From the NCBI RefSeq assembly GCF_003428155.1, contig NZ_QLIR01000012.1, forward strand, positions 1-32,000: 32,000 nucleotides of DNA, read 5' to 3'. The notes beneath the pieces were generated by a model. It made no database searches. It was not told where the DNA came from and saw only the letters and a list, made by a program, of their open reading frames with translations. Numbering within the stretch: the first letter of the stretch is position 1; every line of letters begins with the position of its first letter. The stretch is from Fastidiosibacter lacustris. GTDB taxonomy: Bacteria; Pseudomonadota; Gammaproteobacteria; Francisellales; Francisellaceae. Below are positions 1 through 6,676 of the stretch, in pieces. The position numbers and the translations under genes were made by a program.

Positions 1-174
1 TCAGTATAATCATCAAAGGACTCATCAAGGCAAAATGTGTTGTGGCAGAACACCAATAGCAACTTTTACTGATGGGAAAACGCACTGGCAAGAGAAGGTT
101 GAATTGCTCAACCATATCTGACAAAAACCGCGTTTGAAAAACAGGCAACTGTCAGGTCAAGTCTAAACTTATAC
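1..174 (+). mobile_element. 3' end of an insertion sequence (5' part lies outside the window)
   Basis: A transposase C-terminus in + frame 2 ends at 121. A non-coding tail follows and ends ...GTCTAAACTTATAC at about 174. The last 62 nt (113-174) recur at 969-1030 with 2 mismatches. The element abuts and truncates a resolvase ORF. Confidence 0.7.
2..121 (+). CDS. transposase, C-terminal fragment (rve/DDE integrase-core type, IS481-like tail)
   Basis: Translation is QYNHQRTHQGKMCCGRTPIATFTDGKTHWQEKVELLNHI*, with stop at 119-121. The YN-x-x-R-x-H-Q-G...TP pattern is the conserved C-terminal tail of rve-domain transposases. It is absent from the ORF track because the window edge truncates its 5' end. 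Confidence 0.7.
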   Translation, partial: QYNHQRTHQGKMCCGRTPIATFTDGKTHWQEKVELLNHI

Positions 175-296
175 ACATCAACACCACTGACTTTTTCTTG
201 ATATATTTTTTGACAGCCATAAGCTTGGAGCTTTTCTATTTGTATATCTAATGATTGTTCTTTAGTAGATACTCGCGCATAACCAATCAATGACAT
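175..296 (-). pseudogene. serine recombinase (resolvase/invertase) N-terminal remnant, truncated by the IS
   Basis: MSLIGYARVSTKEQSLDIQIEKLQAYGCQKIYQEKVSGVD carries the catalytic-Ser motif (GYARVS). It aligns with about residues 14-52 of the intact paralogue at 1034-1636. After about residue 40 the tracked ORF (108-296) simply reads into the IS tail. Confidence 0.8.
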
Positions 297-596
297 TTAC
301 TTAGCTCCAAAATTATAATGCTCATGGTTATTAGTGTTTTTAAGAATCATTAATTTTTCTAAGATATACTCAGGCGCTAAATCAAGTTCTTCTTGAACGT
401 GTTGCTCACTATCTCTAACTCGCCAATATACGGTATCGAGTAAACCATATCTGATAAAATTATCCTCTTCCTTTAAAAAGGAGAATTTTGGCTTGTTTAC
501 TATGGGCGAAAAATCAGCAACACCTTTCACACCATTATCAAACTCTAACCACATTAAATAGTCTTTTATATAATCCGCTGAATCAATCCTAAGCAT
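297..596 (-). CDS. DUF2442-family small protein
   Basis: 99 aa. The pattern ...YLMWLEFDNGVKGVADFSPIV...F..L.....F......DTVYW......DLAPEYI matches the DUF2442 signature (strand-rich N-terminus, conserved W...D(L/I).P(D/E).(L/I) C-terminus). It sits immediately downstream of a DUF4160 gene, which is its usual partner. Confidence 0.7.
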   Translation of the reverse strand: MLRIDSADYIKDYLMWLEFDNGVKGVADFSPIVNKPKFSFLKEEDNFIRYGLLDTVYWRVRDSEQHVQEELDLAPEYILEKLMILKNTNNHEHYNFGAK

Positions 597-606
597 AATT
601 GCACCT

Positions 607-840
607 CTAATCTAATTGATAGTTATTCCACGTGTCGATTAAATAACTTTTATTATCTAGTACCCAGCCTTTCAATAAGGCCTTATCTTTAACTTTAAGA
701 TTACCTTGAAGAATATTGCCAGTACTTATTTCTAATATCGCAACACAATCATGCTTTTTGTAGACATGAATGTGTGGTGGGTTATGGTCATCAAAAAACA
801 TTCTTATATAATAACCAAATATTTCGGCAATGGTTGGCAT
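607..840 (-). CDS. DUF4160-family small protein
   Basis: 77 aa beginning MPTIAEIFGYYIRMFFDDHNPPHIHVYKK. The MP.I..f.G..I.My..DH.PPH(F/I)HV motif is diagnostic of DUF4160. It lies 10 nt upstream of the DUF2442 ORF on the same strand. Confidence 0.8.
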   Translation of the reverse strand: MPTIAEIFGYYIRMFFDDHNPPHIHVYKKHDCVAILEISTGNILQGNLKVKDKALLKGWVLDNKSYLIDTWNNYQLD

Positions 841-968
841 AATCCTAAAACCTTTTAAATTATTCTAGATTTTTATTTTAGACTATCATTTTCAGACTAG
901 TCAATTAATGTGGTCCCACTTTGAGCGATAAAAGCGGGTCCGAGTGATTATAAAAGCGAGCCCTAACA

Positions 969-1030
969 CATATCTGACAAAAACTGCGTTTGAAAAATAG
1001 GCAACTGTCAGGTCAAGTCTAAACTTATAC
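969..1030 (+). repeat. orphan copy of the IS 3' terminal 62 nt
   Basis: CATATCTGACAAAAACTGCGTTTGAAAAATAGGCAACTGTCAGGTCAAGTCTAAACTTATAC differs at 2 positions from 113-174. There is no transposase sequence upstream of it. It ends 3 nt before the stop codon of the intact resolvase gene. Confidence 0.85.
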
Positions 1031-1033
1031 AAA

Positions 1034-1636
1034 TTAGCAAAGTTTTTCTTTGTATTTTCCTGTTTTTATTGAATAGTAAGAACGCCTAGATATATCATGT
1101 TTATCCATAATAGCTTGGACACTTAAATCTGTACCTATATCTTCTAATACTGCTGCTGCTTTTTCCATTGATAGCGTTGATGGTCTGCCAAACTTTACAC
1201 CATTTTTCTTTGCTTGCTTAATTCCATCCATTTGCCTTTCTTTCCTTAATGATTGCTCAAACTCAGCAAATGAAGCGAGCATCTGGAACATTAGTTTGCC
1301 TTGAGGTGTTTTTGTATCAATATTTTGATCAATGACAACAAAATTAACTTCTTTTACTTCCAATAACTCGACTATTTGACCAAGATGCAATGCAGAACGA
1401 GCCACCCTATCCAATCTTGTTACGACTAAAGTGTCACACTCTCTAACATAGTCTAAGCATTTTGCTAATTCTGGTCTGTTCTGATCTAATCCTGACAGTT
1501 TTTCTTTGTATATTTTGTCGCACCCATAAGCCTTTAACTTAGATAACTGCACATCTAAATTTTGCCCCGCTGAAGATACTCGAGCGTAACCTATAAACTG
1601 GCTTTTATGTGATGCCAATAATTTATCTGCTGTCAT
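1034..1636 (-). CDS. serine recombinase (resolvase/invertase family)
   Basis: 200 aa. The N-terminal FIGYARVSSAGQNLDVQ is the catalytic Ser motif. VVTRLDRVARS and the C-terminal HTH-like DKHDISRRSYYSI fit the typical small resolvase architecture. Confidence 0.9.
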   Translation of the reverse strand: MTADKLLASHKSQFIGYARVSSAGQNLDVQLSKLKAYGCDKIYKEKLSGLDQNRPELAKCLDYVRECDTLVVTRLDRVARSALHLGQIVELLEVKEVNFVVIDQNIDTKTPQGKLMFQMLASFAEFEQSLRKERQMDGIKQAKKNGVKFGRPSTLSMEKAAAVLEDIGTDLSVQAIMDKHDISRRSYYSIKTGKYKEKLC

Positions 1637-2019
1637 GCCTGAGATTCCAATCTTTCAAATAAATCCGACATCACATTGCTAAGCTTATCAATATCTACAC
1701 TTGTTAGGGTTCCAAGTTTTTTTAAGATATTATCTTGCTCTATCGTAGCAATCAAAGGTTTAAGCATTGATGGCTTGGGTAAACCAGCTTGTTTCCATTG
1801 ACATAGCACACACTCACCATAGCCCAGTGGCATTTTTATTTGACTTGTAATTGCCATTAAAATTATATCTCGCCTTTCATTCTGATAAGATTGTTTGCTT
1901 ACAACCACCGCAGGTCGCCTTTTAGAAGCTCGTAGATTGGTAAATGGAAATGGCACCAATATAACATCGCCAACATTATAAATTGTTATAGATTTCATCT
2001 TCGTCATTATCCCATACAC
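1633..2019 (-). CDS. MazF/PemK-family type II toxin (endoribonuclease-like)
   Basis: VGDVILVPFPFTNLRASKRRPAVVVS is the MazF/PemK N-terminal signature. It overlaps the upstream small antitoxin ORF. The true start may be an internal Met (1998 or 2007). Confidence 0.75.
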   Translation of the reverse strand: MYGIMTKMKSITIYNVGDVILVPFPFTNLRASKRRPAVVVSKQSYQNERRDIILMAITSQIKMPLGYGECVLCQWKQAGLPKPSMLKPLIATIEQDNILKKLGTLTSVDIDKLSNVMSDLFERLESQA

Positions 2020-2179
2020 CTTTAAAACTAGATTCAGACATTGCAGAAAAGTCTTTACGTAATTTTTGATTAGTATCTTTTTGTTGAAGAAAATCTATAA
2101 AGTTTTCAACTTCTGAAAAATATTTAGCTGGCAAATGATTAAGTTTTTGGTTAATCAAATGAATTTGCTTTGGTTGCAT
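1976..2179 (-). CDS. putative antitoxin (DUF2281-like)
   Basis: Small ORF directly upstream of and overlapping the MazF-like gene. The FSEVENFIDFLQQK motif resembles DUF2281 antitoxins. I place the start at Met10 of the tracked ORF (ATG 2179), which is preceded by AAGGGG 7 nt upstream. Confidence 0.55.
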   Translation of the reverse strand: MQPKQIHLINQKLNHLPAKYFSEVENFIDFLQQKDTNQKLRKDFSAMSESSFKGVWDNDEDEIYNNL

Positions 2180-2302
2180 AACAAACCCCTTAAAGTTTTG
2201 ATACATTTAATTATGGACTACATTTTGAGAAACGTCAAATAAAGGTTTGTAAATAGTTACGTAAGGTATACTTTTTGGGAAATTTGAAAGGATTATAATT
2301 TC

Positions 2303-2318
2303 AGTTACGCGCGTAACT
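2303..2318. promoter_or_regulatory. 16-bp perfect palindrome AGTTACGCGCGTAACT, copy 1 (candidate parS/ParB site)
   Basis: Exact palindrome at the 3' boundary of the par operon, overlapping the stop codon of the 2317-2529 ORF. It is identical to the copies at 3447 and 4168. Confidence 0.6.
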
Positions 2319-2529
2319 ATTTTTTGTTTGTATGCTCTTCATAGTAATGGGATACAATTTTATCTATCACTTCACCCTTTCTTCGAAAATTTAAAGCTTT
2401 CTTCAACTCCCCAATTTTCTCTAAAGTGTCTCCATTCAGCCAATCGGAAAATTGAACTTTTCCAGATTCTTTTAAAGCTTCCCTGATTTTTCTTTGACTT
2501 TTTTTAAGTGTTTCTAATCTATCAGACAT
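2317..2529 (-). CDS. small hypothetical protein, third gene of the par operon
   Basis: 70 aa from ATG 2529 (the tracked ORF starts at a TTG at 2541). It starts 4 nt after the parB stop on the same strand. It is charged and helical, with no family recognised. Confidence 0.5.
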   Translation of the reverse strand: MSDRLETLKKSQRKIREALKESGKVQFSDWLNGDTLEKIGELKKALNFRRKGEVIDKIVSHYYEEHTNKK

Positions 2530-2533
2530 TGCT

Positions 2534-3430
2534 TTACCCAAAATATTGAATCATTAATTTTTCAAGATCATTTATAAACACATCATAGTTATCTTTAGCT
2601 ATAATATTGTTGTCTAAATTAATTCTTCTTCCTGAAATACGAGCTAAAATTTTATCATTGCTTTTTATCGTTTTTTCTTTATTTTCCACACTCTCTTTTT
2701 TATTTAAAATTTTATCGACTTCTTGCTTAATTCTTTTTTCACCATATCCAAATTTAATCTTATCAGCTATAGCTATTAATGCTTTGTGGTATTTGTCGCC
2801 TTTGTTTGCTAGCGAAACAATTTCAATTGATGTCCGTGATGATACTTTACTCATATCATTAATAGCATTAACTATATCACTTGGTATCCTTGAAAAGGAT
2901 ATAAAATTCTTAATAGACGAGAGTGTTAAACCTACTTTGTGTGCTAAATCATCCTGTGTTATTTTTTCTGAATTTAAAATATTTGAATAGAAAATACCTT
3001 TTGAATAGTCAGATACACTTTCTTTTCTATTTTCATCTACAACACAAGCAATTGCATCACGGAATGAAAATTCTTTAACAATAGCTTCAACTTTTATATT
3101 TATGCTTTTACAAGCAAGCCATCTACGATAACCAGCGATTACAACGTATTTTGCTTCTTTGTTAGATTGGGCTTTAAATACATCATTTTGATTAGTTATT
3201 ACTATTGGCTGAGCTTGTCCATTATTTTTTATACTGTAGGCGAGTTCTTCTATATTCCCTAGCTCAAATTCTTTTCTGTCTCTATATTCCCAGTTATCAA
3301 TTTGACTTGTCTCAATAACTTCAACAGAACCAGCATAGCCCATAGCGCTTTTAGCATCTGCTAACCTTTCCACTATAACTTTATTTTCAGTTTCGGACTT
3401 TAAACTAAATCCATTATTTTTTTTACTCAT
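2534..3430 (-). CDS. parB: ParB-family partition protein
   Basis: 298 aa. The ParB/Srx box is PIVITNQ...YVVIAGYRRWLACK (GxRRxxA motif), followed by an HTH-like QDDLAHKVGLTLSSIKNFISFSRIP. It lies directly downstream of parA, and GGAG sits 9 nt before the ATG. Confidence 0.85.
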   Translation of the reverse strand: MSKKNNGFSLKSETENKVIVERLADAKSAMGYAGSVEVIETSQIDNWEYRDRKEFELGNIEELAYSIKNNGQAQPIVITNQNDVFKAQSNKEAKYVVIAGYRRWLACKSINIKVEAIVKEFSFRDAIACVVDENRKESVSDYSKGIFYSNILNSEKITQDDLAHKVGLTLSSIKNFISFSRIPSDIVNAINDMSKVSSRTSIEIVSLANKGDKYHKALIAIADKIKFGYGEKRIKQEVDKILNKKESVENKEKTIKSNDKILARISGRRINLDNNIIAKDNYDVFINDLEKLMIQYFG

Positions 3431-3446
3431 ATTAAAATCTCCAGAA

Positions 3447-3462
3447 AGTTACGCGCGTAACT
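3447..3462. promoter_or_regulatory. 16-bp perfect palindrome AGTTACGCGCGTAACT, copy 2 (20 bp with AAAG/CTTT flanks)
   Basis: Lies in the 33-nt parA-parB spacer. The extended palindrome AAAGTTACGCGCGTAACTTT spans 3445-3464. Confidence 0.6.
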
Positions 3463-3463
3463 T

Positions 3464-4093
3464 TTAATTTATATATTCTATAACTTCTTTTGCCAAACTT
3501 TTGAATTCTCTGTGTGAATCACTATCTGGCTGGTATTCTCCAACCCATAAACCATGAAATTGTGCTTCCATAACACAAGACTTTAAAGTTATATTAGTTT
3601 TAAATCCATTAAGCTCTGAAATCGAGCTTATTAATTCTTGAGATAAATTATGCCGTTTTTGTGTTCTTACTGCTAATAATCTATAAGGTTTCCTGCATTC
3701 ATCTGCAATTTCCATAGATTTAATTAAGGCTTTTTGGTCACTTAGACTAGGTGAAGATGGAATAATAACAAAGTCACTTGCCAAAGTTGCTTTAAAAGCT
3801 TCTCCTTGAAAATTTGGTGGCGTATCAATAATAATAAAATCATACTCATTTCTTAACTGATTAATCATTTCTTTTGGAGAGTCTTCACACAATAATGTAT
3901 CAACATCAAAGTTAGATATTCCAGTAGCCATACCCTGCTCTTTCCAACCTAATGCATCAGGCTTATCTTTATCAATATCTACAATTACAACTTTATAGTT
4001 AAAATCTTTAGCTAGCGACCACGCTAAGTTTACACTTGTTGCTGTTTTCCCTGCTCCACCTTTTCCTGAAATAACAGCTATAACTTTAGACAT
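3464..4093 (-). CDS. parA: ParA-family partition ATPase
   Basis: MSKVIAVISGKGGAGKT is the deviant Walker A (KGGxGKT). VVIVDID and FIIIDTPP are Walker A'/B-like. I prefer the start at ATG 4093 with GGAG upstream, because the tracked 20-aa N-terminal extension would cover the promoter. Confidence 0.9.
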   Translation of the reverse strand: MSKVIAVISGKGGAGKTATSVNLAWSLAKDFNYKVVIVDIDKDKPDALGWKEQGMATGISNFDVDTLLCEDSPKEMINQLRNEYDFIIIDTPPNFQGEAFKATLASDFVIIPSSPSLSDQKALIKSMEIADECRKPYRLLAVRTQKRHNLSQELISSISELNGFKTNITLKSCVMEAQFHGLWVGEYQPDSDSHREFKSLAKEVIEYIN

Positions 4094-4124
4094 AATTAAT
4101 ACTCCATTAATGAAACACAAAAAT

Positions 4125-4153
4125 ATTATATTATCTTTATAATTACTAGTCAA
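4125..4153 (-). promoter_or_regulatory. sigma70-type promoter of the par operon
   Basis: The minus strand reads TTGACT (4153-4148), a 17-nt spacer, then TATAAT (4130-4125). This lies about 30 nt upstream of the parA ATG. The palindrome copy 3 starts 13 nt upstream of the -35. Confidence 0.6.
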
Positions 4154-4167
4154 CTATTTAAATATAA

Positions 4168-4183
4168 AGTTACGCGCGTAACT
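4168..4183. promoter_or_regulatory. 16-bp perfect palindrome AGTTACGCGCGTAACT, copy 3 (operator/parS candidate)
   Basis: Lies between the rep stop (4189) and the parA promoter. The extended 20-bp palindrome spans 4166-4185. Confidence 0.6.
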
Positions 4184-4188
4184 TTTTA

Positions 4189-5724
4189 CTAAACCAAATC
4201 CGCAATAGCCACTCTAAGCATCATGATTTCTTTTTCTACCAGTCCTTTAGTTTGCTCGCTCGCTTCCATCAATTCTGATTTTTTCGCTTCTAACTCTGCT
4301 TTAAGCTTTGCAATCCTTTCTTCCTTGCTAGCAACTTCTAGTTCATCAACAAAAGACTTAATCTTACTGTAGTTTAAAATATCGCCCTTAAATCTAAGTG
4401 TTAAGTAATATGGCGACATACTTTCTAAATCTTCATACTGAGCTACAACATCTTTCAAGCATCTAAGCATATCAATCTCTAGTTCATCAGTAATTTTTTC
4501 TTTAACTTCATGTCTTGATAGTAAAACAAGTATTTGCTGTTCATTTTTATTTATATATGAATCAAAACTATTAAACCTTTCCATTTTTTGAGCTTTTCGA
4601 GCTTGTGTTGATTCCTCTACTGCATCCATTGTTGCTTTTATTTCTTGAGAACCAGAATTATTGCTTGCATTTTCAATACAAGAAACAAGGTAACCACTAA
4701 TATTATTGATTTCTCTGCCTTTTTGTATTTCGCCTAATAGCTTTTCAATTCCTAACTTACAAGCGTCCACACCATAGTTAGAAATATACTCTAAAACTTT
4801 CTTTTTAGGTATACCGTAGGCATGAAGTTGCGCTGATACAATTAGTGTTTGACCATCAAGTTTTATAATTGCTTTTTCTGATACTATTGAATTTTTATCT
4901 ACTTTATCAGTATATAATGATTCTAGTTTTTCACTAAAAATAGATTTTTCACCAAACTCAAATACAATTGTAGTAACTTTTCTTCCTGTTTTAATCTCCT
5001 CTAAGTTAACATATATATCAGTCTCATTTATTTCACCTATTATTTTATGTAGCACAGCTTTTTTAAACATTGAATAATTTGTACTGTAGACATTATGTAG
5101 ACCAACTCTAGTTTTATAATCCTCAACCGCTAATTTTAATTCATCTTTTTTTTTGTATTGATTAAGCCTCAACTTTAGAATGATGTATGTATCAAAAGTA
5201 TAATTATTTTTAAACTTAAGTACATCTGATATTTTAATTCGTGTGTAATGACAAAAAACTAATAAGTAAGGAAAAACTTTTTTGTCTATCTCAACTTCTA
5301 TACATCCAACAGTATCATTATATTTAAATTCTTCAAACCAACTTCGCTGTATATATGATTTTTTATTTAAAATATCATCAAGATTCGGTAAAGTTGCTAT
5401 GGAAGATTTTAATCCCTCGGTTATTTTTCTAATATCTCTAGCAAAATGTGCTTTTGTGATTCCAGTTAACGAAATAATGTCATCTTTAGAGAGCTTAAGA
5501 TTCCTAGATAAATGCCCAAGATCAACACTCTCAATATCTTCATTAGTCAATTCTTTTGATGTTATCTTTATTTTCTCTCGATAATAGTGTGATAGTATAT
5601 ATACAAACACCTTTATTTGATTGACATTCCATGTACTATGACCTCTTATCTCAGATAGTAAAGATGGGATGTAAGCCTGCATTTTATCTAGATCAATTTC
5701 CTGATTATTAATCATCATTCTCAT
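4189..5724 (-). CDS. rep: plasmid replication initiator (Rep_3/RepB-like winged-helix N-terminal half with a long coiled-coil-like C-terminal extension)
   Basis: The tracked ORF (to 5742) starts at TTG, and the first ATG is at 5724. The N-terminal half has Rep_3-like features (...YTRIKISDVLKFKNNYTFDTYIILKLRL...YKTRVGLHNVYSTNYSMFKKAVLHKIIGEINETDIYVNLEEIKTGRKVTTIVFEF). Tandem iterons lie immediately upstream. Confidence 0.8.
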   Translation of the reverse strand: MRMMINNQEIDLDKMQAYIPSLLSEIRGHSTWNVNQIKVFVYILSHYYREKIKITSKELTNEDIESVDLGHLSRNLKLSKDDIISLTGITKAHFARDIRKITEGLKSSIATLPNLDDILNKKSYIQRSWFEEFKYNDTVGCIEVEIDKKVFPYLLVFCHYTRIKISDVLKFKNNYTFDTYIILKLRLNQYKKKDELKLAVEDYKTRVGLHNVYSTNYSMFKKAVLHKIIGEINETDIYVNLEEIKTGRKVTTIVFEFGEKSIFSEKLESLYTDKVDKNSIVSEKAIIKLDGQTLIVSAQLHAYGIPKKKVLEYISNYGVDACKLGIEKLLGEIQKGREINNISGYLVSCIENASNNSGSQEIKATMDAVEESTQARKAQKMERFNSFDSYINKNEQQILVLLSRHEVKEKITDELEIDMLRCLKDVVAQYEDLESMSPYYLTLRFKGDILNYSKIKSFVDELEVASKEERIAKLKAELEAKKSELMEASEQTKGLVEKEIMMLRVAIADLV

Positions 5725-5743
5725 AAATTTATAAATCCACAAC

Positions 5744-5783
5744 TACTCTTAACTATAATTTCTCATACTCTTAACTATAATTT
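5744..5783. repeat. two 18-bp direct repeats TACTCTTAACTATAATTT (period 22) in the rep leader/promoter
   Basis: Copies at 5744-5761 and 5766-5783, between the iterons and the rep start. Each contains TATAGT on the rep strand. This could be a duplicated -10 or a Rep operator. Confidence 0.5.
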
Positions 5784-5819
5784 TTATTTAACTAAATGTA
5801 AATATATATATTTTATTTT

Positions 5820-6050
5820 TAGTTTATCTCACCATTCTTTTAGTTTATCTCACCATTCTTTTAGTTTATCTCACCATTCTTTTAGTTTATCTCACCATTC
5901 TTTTAGTTTATCTCACCATTCTTTTAGTTTATCTCACCATTCTTTTAGTTTATCTCACCATTCTTTTAGTTTATCTCACCATTCTTTTAGTTTATCTCAC
6001 CATTCTTTTAGTTTATCTCACCATTCTTTTAGTTTATCTTACCATTTAGT
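5820..6050. repeat. iteron array: 10 perfect + 1 degenerate tandem 21-bp repeats (TAGTTTATCTCACCATTCTTT)
   Basis: Counted by hand: units start at 5820, 5841 and so on up to 6009 and are all identical. The 11th unit (6030-6050) is TAGTTTATCTTACCATTTAGT. The units are head-to-tail with no spacers, adjacent to an AT-rich stretch (5786-5819) and upstream of rep. Confidence 0.9.
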
Positions 6051-6201
6051 TACTTTTATAAATATAATCAAACCTCTATAATCTCCTTATATAATAAGGT
6101 GTACAGCAAATAATAGCTAAAGCTAATTAATTAAGCTTTTAAGTTAGATTGTTTTATATTCAGCGTTTTGCAATCTATCTAATGGATAAATAATATAATA
6201 G

Positions 6202-6226
6202 ATCAATCTATCTAAGATAGATTGAT
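6202..6226. promoter_or_regulatory. 25-bp palindrome (12-bp arms ATCAATCTATCT / AGATAGATTGAT) followed by T6
   Basis: Inverted repeat with a 1-nt centre, followed by TTTTTT (6227-6232). A third, direct copy of the arm (CAATCTATCTAA) is at 6171-6182. This is either a protein-binding site in the ori region or a hairpin terminator on the + strand. Confidence 0.45.
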
Positions 6227-6275
6227 TTTTTCTTTATTACACTCTGTATCTTGAATATTTGATAAGCGTGTATAT

Positions 6276-6671
6276 ATGAAAAAGGGAATTTACTTTTCTT
6301 TCGATAAAGTAGGTGGTATTGAAAGATTAATTGAAGAAAAACCTACAGCGGCGAGAATATTCCTATTTCTATCAAAATATAGTAATGACGATAATGTAGT
6401 TGTTGCCTTAAGCTCTGTCTTAGAAACTGCTTTAAAAAAGACAAGACCATATTTAGCTAAGTGTGTTAAGTATCTAAAAGATAACGGATATTTAGCAGTA
6501 ATAAACTCAGGGCAAACATCAGTATACATTTTTAATAATGATATATTGATTTCAAATAAGTACGATAATGAATATAAAAATATTGAAGTGTTAAATGCAA
6601 CCTTGTTTTTATCGCCAAAAGAGTCAATAGCCAAAAATAAACAACGTCAAACCTTCAATGAAAAGGTCTAA
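6276..6671 (+). CDS. hypothetical winged-helix protein (RepL-like / MarR-like wHTH)
   Basis: 131 aa. AARIFLFLSKYSNDDNVVVALSSVLETALKKTRPYLAKCVKYLKDNGYLAVINSGQTSVYIFN has the pattern of a wHTH (helix-turn-helix then a beta-wing). It is divergent from rep across the iterons. The antisense ORF 6290-6634 looks like low-complexity noise. Confidence 0.5.
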   Translation: MKKGIYFSFDKVGGIERLIEEKPTAARIFLFLSKYSNDDNVVVALSSVLETALKKTRPYLAKCVKYLKDNGYLAVINSGQTSVYIFNNDILISNKYDNEYKNIEVLNATLFLSPKESIAKNKQRQTFNEKV

Positions 6672-6676
6672 GTAGA

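Noticed and set aside
108-174. C-terminal 22 residues of the tracked ORF 108-296 (YKFRLDLTVACFSNAVFVRYG)
   Set aside because: This part is read-through into the non-coding tail of the IS (identical DNA at 969-1030). Resolvase similarity stops at about 175.
2607-2990. 127-aa + strand ORF antisense to parB
   Set aside because: It lies entirely inside a well-supported ParB gene. The low-complexity Leu/Ser/Ile-rich translation is typical of the antisense frame of AT-rich genes, and there is no SD.
4094-4153. 20-aa N-terminal extension of ParA in the ORF track
   Set aside because: The extension would span the TTGACT-17-TATAAT promoter. The conserved ParA N-terminus (MSKVIAVISGKGGAGKT), with GGAG upstream, begins at 4093.
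5282-5584. 100-aa + strand ORF antisense to rep
   Set aside because: It is nested in the Rep gene, has no recognisable motifs or SD, and is an antisense-frame artefact.
5820-6050. The regular 21-bp repeat array could be mistaken for a CRISPR array
   Set aside because: The units are directly abutting with no spacers, are only 21 bp long and non-palindromic, and lie immediately upstream of a Rep_3-like initiator. These are iterons, not CRISPR repeats.
6181-6191. Possible DnaA box (AATGGATAA versus consensus TGTGNATAA) near the origin
   Set aside because: It matches only 7/9 positions in very AT-rich DNA, which is not distinguishable from chance.
6290-6634. 114-aa minus-strand ORF overlapping the 6276-6671 ORF
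   Set aside because: Only one of the two can be real. The + strand product has a coherent wHTH-like pattern and a plausible start, whereas the minus-strand product is low-complexity.
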